The translations under genes and the position numbers were made by a program. This document shows positions 54,359 through 64,000 of a stretch of DNA of 64,000 nucleotides, piece by piece. The stretch is taken from the NCBI GenBank assembly GCA_964016885.1, contig OZ024740.1, positions 24,242,001 to 24,306,000 on the forward strand. Reading direction: 5' to 3'. Every line of letters starts with the position of its first letter. The first letter of the stretch is position 1. Below the pieces are notes generated by a model, which saw nothing but the letters and a program-made list of their open reading frames with translations, made no database searches and was not told where the DNA came from. Source of the DNA: Eledone cirrhosa (lineage: Eukaryota).

Positions 54359-55508
54359 ATATGTATGTATATGTGTGTGTGTATGTATATGTATATGTAT
54401 GCGTATTAATTTTGATTTCTATTTGCATATAATTATATTATGCTATTGATGAAATACAATATCTGCTTTATGTATTGTATACCTAATTAACATATACTAA
54501 TTAACGTATACTATTGTAATAAATATATAATTTTTAATTTAGTTAACATATAATTTATATGCTACTACCGATGTAATACTTTATTTTATTTTATTTTTAT
54601 TTGGGTTTCTTTTCCCTATTACTAAATTCATCTCCTAATATTGATACCATAACGTTATTAACTTTAATTTAGTTATACTGTAATTAATAATCTACTACTG
54701 TTTGACTTCAAAATTCTGCTTCAAATATTATAAACCTAACTAATTTACACCTTAGAAATCAATATGTTGGCTATCTTTGGTTTAGTTAGCATATGATTAA
54801 TGGTATACTTATTTATTTTGAGATGCATAGATTTCGTATTTCCTAGCACTGAAAGTATGTAAGAACATACATTGAATTAAGATACGGAAAATATTATATG
54901 TTTCTTGAAACATATATTTACTTTGATCCCCTTCTCCAAACCCCCCCTTTCCCCCATACTATTATCATCTGTATTTGTAAGCGTCTATGTATGAATATAT
55001 ATGTAGGTAGGTGTCTATATAGGTTTGGGTATTTATATCTAAATATAGAAATACATATATGAGCATGCAAATATGAATGTAAGATTGTGTGTGTATATAT
55101 GATTGTACATACATATGTATGTATATATATGTATATATATGCATTATATATGTGTGTGTATGTGAATGTGTTGTATGTATATGTGTATGTATGTGTATAT
55201 ATGTGTATGTATGTGTATGCTTGTATATATATGAATATATATATGTGTATATATGTATGTATATGTATATGCGTGTATGTATGTATGTGTATGTGTGTTG
55301 TGTATATATATGTATGTCTCTCTATTTATATGTTTATCTTCGTATCTATGTGATATATGTGTGTGTGTGTGCACGTATGCATATGTATGTGTTTGTGTGT
55401 GTTTGTATGTGTGTGTGTATATATGTGTATGTGCGCACACACACATACACATATATATATATATATATATGTGAGTGTGTATGTGTGTCTGTGTGTGTGT
55501 GTGTGTGT

Positions 55509-55591
<83 letters not shown>

Positions 55592-56010
55592 TGTCTATGT
55601 GTGAATATATGTCTTTATTAGTATGTATGTATTTATGTATGTATATGTTTATGTGTATGTATGTATGTGTATGTATGTATGTATATATATACATATATAT
55701 ATATGTATATGTATATATATATATGTATATTATTCTTTATTATTATAATATAACTTATGTGTATATGTGTATAAGTGAGGTTGTGTATGTATATATAATA
55801 TGTGTATATATAAGAGTAATAAAATATATATATATATATATATATATGTGCATGTCTGTTTTTTATGTGTGTGTGTGTATATATATATATGTATGTATAT
55901 ATATGTATATATATGTACGTGTGTGTATATGGATATATATATATATAAATATATATACATGTGGGTGTTTGTATGTGTTTTTATGGTGGTATGTGTGTGT
56001 GGATATATAT

Positions 56011-56047
<37 letters not shown>

Positions 56048-56057
56048 AGTCTATGTG

Positions 56058-56098
<41 letters not shown>

Positions 56099-56443
56099 GT
56101 GTGTGTATATATGTGTGTGTGTATGTATATATATATGTGTATGTATGTGTATATATATATATATATCTCTATTAATGCGTGTGTGTATGTATATACATAT
56201 GCCTTTTTATTATTATTTTTTATTATTATCTTTATTTGTATGTCTGAGTTTGGTGAGGTTGTATTGTTTTTTATGTATATACACATTTATGGAAGCGTAT
56301 GTATTTATATATATGAGTATAAGTAGGTGCATATGTATGTATGATTATATATCTAATTCTATGTATGAAGGTACATCTATATATATATGTATATATACGC
56401 GTGTATGTAAGTAGTGTGTGTATGTATCTATATGTCTATGTGA

Positions 56444-56491
<48 letters not shown>

Positions 56492-56592
56492 CGATGTGCG
56501 TATATGTATGTACATGTATGTACATGTATGTGTGTATGTATGTGTATGTATATTTAGATGTATGTGTATGTATATGTATATGTATGTATATA

Positions 56593-56641
<49 letters not shown>

Positions 56642-57808
56642 ATTTATATATATAGGGATATATATCTTTATTATCTATTTTTTTTATATATATGTGTATG
56701 TGTGTATGTGTTGCGCGTGTGTGTGTGTGTATATATATATCTTTTTATATGTGTATGTGTATGTTCGTGTAAGTGTATGTGTGTGTATGACTGTATATGT
56801 ATGTGTGTATGGGTGTATGCGTAAATATCTCTATGTGTGCGTACATGTATGTATGTGTGTTTATATATCTGTATGTGTATATATATTATATTATAGTTAT
56901 TATATTTTATTGTTTTATTTTTTTTATTTTTCTTAATTTATAGATACATTTATATTAGGCAGTCTGCTCAGACAATTGAATACTGACCCCTCCCCCCCCT
57001 CCCACCTAATTTCTGTATCTTGATCTTGAAATGTGTGTGCCAGTGTTTTATGTGAGTGATTTAATTTCTATGTGCTTATGATTTTATATCCACATATATA
57101 AATGTGAGTGGGGGAGTGTGTGTGTTTGTATGTTCGTGGTTATGTGTATATTTATGCATATACGCGCATGTATGTGTGATTATACTGATATGTGTGAGTA
57201 TGAAAAAATATATTTATATGCTTGACTCCATAAGTATCAATGCGCATCTTATCAGCGCATTAAGCTTACAGAGATATTAACCTTGAAATTTTGTGTTTGC
57301 ATCCATCTTTTTAGTATGCGTATACAAATTATACACACATTTTTGTAAAATATGTGTAAGGATTTTACATGTATATACACACACCGAACTGCTTTTAACC
57401 CTTTGTGTTTTCATTGGTCAATTTTGAACTGATATTTTGAATTGTTGTTATTATCAATAAATATACTTCATTATTTCTGAAGACGGCGTATATATGTGTT
57501 AGGTATGTATATTTAATCTTGATAATTTGTATAATTTTGTATAATTTTGTACATAGATCTGTTGAATATGCATACCAATTATAACACATATATACCCTAG
57601 AAACGATCGTTAAATAATGAATTTTTATGTTTAATATAAGGAATTGTTTATTCATTATTTGTTTAATATTTTATCTTGACTCTGTATACCGTTTGTCTTT
57701 CACCGAAAGTGGATTTTCATTGCATCTCTTCTTTCCATGATATCCGGAATACATTGAGTTCTTCATACGGATTGGACACTACCGTAAACTCTTGGTAGAT
57801 TTATCTAC
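52625..57808 (+). mobile_element. Inverted 5'-truncated copy of the same Naiad
   Basis: 52625-53782 encodes the identical C-terminal ~385 aa. It mirrors 45607-50482 apart from a 171-bp indel, and extends to the equivalent of 51920. Confidence 0.95.
57467..57621 (+). ncRNA. Type I HHR with 116-nt rod-like stem II
   Basis: TTCATTATTT-CTGAAGA-[..GTATATATGTGTTA GGTATGTATATTTAA...TTGAATATGCATACC..TAACACATATATAC..]-GAAA-CGATCG-TT|AAATAATGAA. 10-bp stem I, palindromic stem III. Confidence 0.88.
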
Positions 57809-57888
57809 ATATATATATATATATATATATATGATAAAGAACACAAGAGTGTCTACAACATCAAAATATATATATATATATTTTTTCA

Positions 57889-57968
<80 letters not shown>

Positions 57969-58062
57969 GTGGAACACTGGAAGGTAATATCCGTAGTGGT
58001 AGAGCACTCAGTCCAAGGGACGAGTTAGGTAGAAGTGGTTACACAACAGTTAGTTCACCATA

Positions 58063-58102
58063 CCGAGAGCAATTGTTTCACCTTCGCGGATCTTCAGCTC
58101 GG
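58063..58102 (-). ncRNA. Minimal HHR (U16.1 mutated to C, probably inactive)
   Basis: CCGAG-CTGAAGA-TCC-GCGAA-GGT-GAAA-CAATTG-CT|CTCGG. Confidence 0.65.
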
Positions 58103-58287
58103 GATGTGTATGTTTATAGGAACAGGAAGAACAACCGTACGAACGCGCATGCGCAGAAACTCGGTTACTTCACACAAGCAATACTAGACTGCGTGCGAGA
58201 GGTGTAAGGGAGATAACTGCGAAAGTCCGGAAAGTTTTTAGGTTGAAAATAAAATTTTAAAAAAATTAAAAATAAAATTACAAAGAA

Positions 58288-59050
58288 TCAGTCCGGAGCC
58301 TTGTAGTTATGCAATAGATGTTTGGTGGCGTGTGGACAACGTGTGAAAAATTCACTTCTCGTGTTTAGCCAATCACTATTGCGTAATCTCTTTAGGATAG
58401 TTATTCGTTCGTCAATACATAAGCCACACGTCGGATTTCCCCTTGCGTATGGCTTGGACTTAGTGATGGCTTTCCCTTGAATTGAATAGCCTATATTTGA
58501 GTCCTTGAGGTACCATACGTCGCTCGCGGGTTTCGTGGATGAACGTCTGTCCGGGTATCTGAAGGTAGACTGGTGGTTCAGGAAACGCTCCTTGAATCGG
58601 CCCTCCGCCATGCCCACATAGGATTTGACCTCCTGTGGTTTGTTTGGTCGGTTGGAAGTGACCACAACTTCATAGATTACAGCTGGTGTGTTGCATTGCT
58701 GTTGAAGGGGGCAAGCTTCAGGCTGGGGTGTTGCTCCTAGGGCTGCTGGTGAAGTGGGCCTTCATGTTCTTAGCGCAGGAGTATCCTAGTTTAACTTTGT
58801 GTCGGTTAAAGATGGAGCAGTATTTATGACCTATGGGGAAGTGTCTATCTAAGAGGGCTAGACATTTTTTTCCTACATTGGTTTTAACGTTGAGTGAGAA
58901 GGGAGGAGAGAACCAGATAGTTTGTCTATTGATGCGCTTACTTTTCTTAATGGTGATGTTGCTAGTAGGAGAGTAGGTGATAGGTTGTGAGAAGCCGCTG
59001 TTAGCCAACGCCGTGTTATAGTAGGGTGCCGCCCTGTCAAAGATAGCCTT
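58288..59050 (-). pseudogene. Naiad-type thumb plus GIY-YIG remnant
   Basis: IWFSPPFS.NVKTNVG..IFNRHKVKLGYSC; after a frameshift CPLQQQC..VIY..YVG..FKERF..CGLC..E..LNTRSE..CPH. Confidence 0.9.
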
Positions 59051-59198
59051 ATTTTCAACCTAAAAACTTTCCGGAGTTTCGCAGTTATCTCTCTTACACC
59101 TCTCGCACGCAGTCTAGTATTGCTTGTGTGAAGTGACCGAGTTTCTGCGCATGCGCGTTCATACGGTTGTCCTTCCTGTTCCTATAACCATACACATC

Positions 59199-59238
59199 CC
59201 GAGCTGAAGATCCGCGAAGGTGAAACAATTGTTCTCGG
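59199..59238 (+). ncRNA. Minimal type I HHR
   Basis: CCGAG-CTGAAGA-TCC-GCGAA-GGT-GAAA-CAATTG-TT|CTCGG. Confidence 0.82.
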
Positions 59239-59266
59239 TATGGTGAACTAACTGTTGTGTAACCAC

Positions 59267-59402
<136 letters not shown>

Positions 59403-59403
59403 A

Positions 59404-59471
<68 letters not shown>

Positions 59472-59502
59472 GTACATATATATAATATACATATATATAT
59501 AC

Positions 59503-59533
<31 letters not shown>

Positions 59534-60189
59534 CATGTATATACATATATAATATATATATATGTATATATATGTGTGTGTCTCTTTGTGTGTGTGCGTG
59601 TGTGTGTGTGTGTGTGTGAACAAAGCGGTTATCCTAAGAAGCTACAGGAAAATTTTAAATTTGGAATGTGTGTGTTGGAAGACAAAACATGATTATGATA
59701 ATGGGCCACTCAATATAATAGTTGAGAATATCGCCTAAATTCCTCGTAAAACTGAATGATGTGGATGGAAGTGCTTGCAAGGAATCGAAGCTTGCATCAC
59801 ACTGTGGCCTGGGAAGTACGATAAAGAACCCTTGGCGTGCATTATATTAGAGTTGTCTAAATTCAATCGTTTTGTTTACACTTCTATCTACAACCTTAAA
59901 TTACTCTGAAATATTTATGCAGATGGTACATAGGAAATTTATGGTGCAGAACCCGAATTACCAAATACAAACGCTAAATTAAATATACTAATTTCAAATA
60001 ATATTCAAAATGTTTGAATAATTATGGACTTCCTGAATATGAAATATTGGAGTGCAATACATAATATTTCAGAATACAATGTTTCAAGCACGAAATATTT
60101 CCTACGCCATCAAAATATTACCATAGCTTACCTATCTTTCAATATATCAGGGAGAGAGGGGGGAGTAAGAGAGAATGCAAAACGCATCA

Positions 60190-60231
<42 letters not shown>

Positions 60232-60336
60232 GGGTGGGGTTGTGGTTATATAAAATGTAAACAGAAATAACAACACAATCGGTACAGAATATGGAAGAAA
60301 TATATTAGTATAACAATTGAAATAGCAGGATGATGG

Positions 60337-60372
60337 TCTTAACGTTTCGGACGCTAGTCCTTCATCAGAAGA
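60337..60372 (-). ncRNA. Minimal type I HHR in a solo pLTR
   Basis: TCTT-CTGATGA-AGGAC-TAGC-GTCC-GAAA-CG-TT|AAGA. Confidence 0.85.
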
Positions 60373-60506
60373 AAGAATGAGAAATTAGAAAGATTGAAGG
60401 GAAGGGTGGGTTGGAATTGGAAAACATGTTTATATACATATATTGAAATCGTGGAGAAATACTGAAACATATATATATATGTTTTACACTTTCTTTTAAA
60501 ACATTC

Positions 60507-60641
<135 letters not shown>

Positions 60642-60819
60642 ATATATAAAGAAGATGGTGAGGTTACATAGATCGTTTAATCATTATAATTATTTCCACG
60701 GTTCTCCATCAATCTAGAAGTCCTTCATGCATTTGTTGTTGTTATGAGAACGATGTCCTCATATATATATATATAGACGCAGACACATACACATACACAC
60801 GCGCGTGCGCAAACCCACA

Positions 60820-60859
<40 letters not shown>

Positions 60860-61258
60860 TATCGAAATCGTGGGATCTACTGAAATTTACGATCGGAAGT
60901 TACTATTCAGTGAACAACATCCTCTGAGGTTGGGATATAAAAGTTCAGATCTTATTTTTACAGGATTTTGATCACACATAATATTTGGATTTTAAGTCAT
61001 TCCTGATTTTGTTATAACTTTGCTTTAATTTGCCTCAAATAAAATATAGATTCCCAACATTTGTCAGAGCTTCATGAGAACTAAATGCCTGCAGTTAAAT
61101 ATAAATATAACTAATAAGCTTAATGCTACCAACTTCCCATAATAACTATATATAGTTACTCTGCTGAGACAACACTTTTAGGGAACGTTAAAATAAATTT
61201 CTAATTGCATCACGAGACCAACGCAACCAGAGAAAACATTATAAATTACACACACACG

Positions 61259-61307
<49 letters not shown>

Positions 61308-61447
61308 ATGTGTGTATGTGTGTGTGTAAGTAGTATGTTTACATTTATATATATATATAATATACATATATCTGTGTGTATGTCTGTGTATGTGTTTTTG
61401 TTTGTGTGTGCATGTGTCTGTGTGTGTAGTATGTTTACACGCACACG

Positions 61448-61496
<49 letters not shown>

Positions 61497-61550
61497 CATA
61501 AGTGTGTCTGTGTATGTGTTTTTGTTTGTTGTGCATGTGTGTGTATAGTA

Positions 61551-61599
<49 letters not shown>

Positions 61600-62152
61600 G
61601 TGTGTCTGTATATGTGTTTTTGTTTGTGTGTGTGTTTATGTGTCTGTAAATGTTTATCTGATACATTCAATGACCGGTTCCTGAAAGCTGAGTGTATTCC
61701 ATAATATAATTAGATAAAAATCGAATAGCTATGCCAATTGAAAATATCCTGATCAAATGAACTTTTTTAAGCTGAAAATATATCACCAAATCAAATTAGG
61801 TTTTTATTTAATTTTAATTTATTCCAAATTTCAATCATGAAATTAATTTGTTTTTAATTGTCAAACGAAAAAGCTTGCTTTATATTCTGGTATCATTTTT
61901 TTTTTACCTCGTTCTTTTGTTTATGTTAGATGTTATTTTTCCTTTTGTAAATCATTACAAAATGGCGATATTTTAGTGAAGGTATTGGTAGCGTTTACAT
62001 TTATCTAAAAGTGCGATGTGCTGCATCAAGTTAAACATTTTAACGATAAATACAGGTCTATAAGTGAACATACTTGGTCGAAATGTGAAGTAGTGAAACA
62101 TTTCTATATATTCAATTCTAACAATAATATTCATAATTGGAAACTATCTTTA

Positions 62153-62393
62153 TAAAACCATATTTATTATATTATATATATTTCAATGGGTACCAATATT
62201 TTGGTACGCTATCGTCAAATAAAATACAATAATTGGTTTACAGATAATGACATATCTACATATGAACTTAATGTTATGAGTTCAGATGTCGATATGTCAT
62301 GATCTGTAAAACAATTATTGTATTTTATCTGACGATAGCGTACCAAAATATAAGTACCCTTGAAATATATATAATAAAATAAATATAGTTTTA
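62153..62393. mobile_element. Diverged snap-back palindrome with HHR
   Basis: Arms ~62153-62257 and ~62286-62393. Confidence 0.8.
62321..62381 (+). ncRNA. Type I HHR
   Basis: TATTTTAT-CTGACGA-TAGCGTAC-loop-GTACCCTT-GAAA-TATATA-TA|ATAAAATA. Confidence 0.78.
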
Positions 62394-63063
62394 AAAAGAG
62401 AGTATCCATTTATTAATATTATTGATATTATACTCCAAAACTTGTCGAGTACTTCTAATCAACACATTAAATAATTCATTGTTATTCAATTCTAAATAGA
62501 TATTATATAAGAGTCTTCATTCTATTTTATAAGCAATTTCATAATATCTCTGCGCATGAGCACATCATTCTTTATATCAAGTGTATATTCTCAGTATTTC
62601 AAAGTCCCATCTCTCGGTTACGTATATTGTTTGGTTACATACATATGCCGGTCTGGTAAAACCTGAAAAGCTGTTTTCAAACTATATAGTTTTAAAAAAG
62701 GGTAAAAAGATGTCCCGGTCCATTTGCTTAATAGTTTAAACCCCTAATCGATATCTGTGATATATGAGGTTCAATACCTCATAGCAGCCGATCGCAATTT
62801 TCCCACATCTTTTAAGGGTCTTCACACCTTTTTTATAAGCTATTGCACATCATCCTTCATATTGATACGTTTTTTTTGTTTGTTTGTTTGTTTAAAGCGG
62901 ACAATTTCATTATTGATACTTTATTTGATCCACCCCGTAAGGTTAAAAAGCTAATCTAACCGTGGCAAGATTCGAATTCAGAAGGTAAATGATCGGAACT
63001 AAGCATGTTGCCCGATGCTCAACCAATACTGCCAATACATCATTCTCTATGTATGATATATAC

Positions 63064-63279
63064 TTGTTTCTTATATAGGCACAAGGCCAGCAATTTTGGG
63101 GGAGGGCAAAGTCGATTAAATCAACTCCATTGCGTGACTGGTACTTTATTTTATCGAACCCCAAGAATGACAGGTAAAGTTAACCTCAGCAGGTTTTGAA
63201 CTCAGATCATAAAGGCCGTAACTCTTTACTGCAAAGCATGGCGTCTGATCCTCTACCGATTCTGCCAATCCACCGCCCT
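63064..63279 (-). mobile_element. SINE family A variant
   Basis: GGGCGGTGGATTGGCAG head and shared core. Older decayed copies at ~29020-29150 and ~62915-63040. Confidence 0.8.
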
Positions 63280-63615
63280 TTTGTGTATGATATATAATAA
63301 GAAATCGTTTTGGTTGTTGATGACTTTAGGAATGTCCTTTTTTTTTTCTCTTGTCTTGTGGTATATATATATATATATTTATAATGAATATACATTATAT
63401 ATATATATATAACGAAGGAAATGTGGTAAGGAACCAGGTGGACCATAACGCACCAAAGTACTCAATACTTAGGGTAGTAGAGTGGGTAATAGGAACGTGT
63501 GTATATGTGTGTGTGTATGTGTGTAGGTATGTATGTATGTATTATGGTGTTAAAAATAAAACAAAACATAACACAGGAACGATAGAAAAACCACAGACCT
63601 TCCACCTCAACTCTA

Positions 63616-63651
63616 CTTTTGAGAAGCAGAAGAACTGCGAAACCGGTAAGG
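63616..63651 (+). ncRNA. Minimal HHR, U3-A8 variant (Neptune pLTR family)
   Basis: CTT-TTGAGAA-GCAG-AAGAA-CTGC-GAAA-CCGG-TA|AGG. Confidence 0.75.
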
Positions 63652-63785
63652 AAACTACATAAATATATATATATATTTTTAAATAAGACTCCAGTTGCAT
63701 TTTCGATTTCATCTTTTTTTCTTTATACTTTCACTCGTGTAGGACACCTCGGTTATTTTTCATTTTGTAAAAAAAACCTCACTTT

Positions 63786-63869
<84 letters not shown>

Positions 63870-63909
63870 TATAATGAATATACATTATATATATCATATA
63901 TGTATACCC

Positions 63910-63958
<49 letters not shown>

Positions 63959-64000
63959 CCATATGCATACATATAAACAACGTATAATCACACCACATTT

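Noticed and set aside
57686-57800. Structured segment downstream of the HHR as a second ribozyme (twister or HDV-like)
   Set aside because: Hairpins are present (CCGT..ACGG, CAC-CGAAA-GTG) but I could not match the catalytic consensus or pseudoknots.
45607-57808. Large inverted repeats as assembly fold-back artefacts
   Set aside because: The arms differ by indels, have unequal ends and follow known PLE inverted-pLTR architecture. Long-read confirmation is still desirable.
58700-58740. TGA in the Naiad linker as a possible selenocysteine codon
   Set aside because: The downstream CPL..C motif is in another frame and the CxC motif is missing, so this is a deletion frameshift. The intact 49325-51766 ORF has no in-frame TGA.

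Overview
AT-rich, microsatellite-saturated eukaryotic DNA. The SINE types suggest a coleoid cephalopod (octopus-like); this is inference. No host gene can be called confidently. The window is dominated by Penelope-like retroelements (PLEs) and their non-coding derivatives, nearly all embedded in (TA)n tracts. One is an intact Naiad-type PLE (RT plus C-terminal GIY-YIG, ORF 49325-51766 on -) with a near-identical inverted 5'-truncated copy. There are also three other Naiad fragments, two Neptune-type fragments and one further GIY-YIG fragment. Reading both strands by eye, I found about 30 type-I hammerhead ribozyme (HHR) motifs from about 17 unrelated sequence families, roughly one per 2 kb. 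Four families have 80-116 nt structured stem II insertions, and several have U3-A8 or U4 core variants. They sit in pseudo-LTRs, in a ~2.9 kb non-coding retrozyme-like unit, in a ~420 nt tandem retrozyme and in snap-back palindromes, several of which invert inside the ribozyme itself. Also present: a twin-primed RTE LINE, two tRNA-derived SINE families, non-autonomous Helitrons, a mariner-like MITE and satellites. Most ORFs in the supplied track are microsatellite artefacts. All folds were done by eye and no cleavage activity has been tested.
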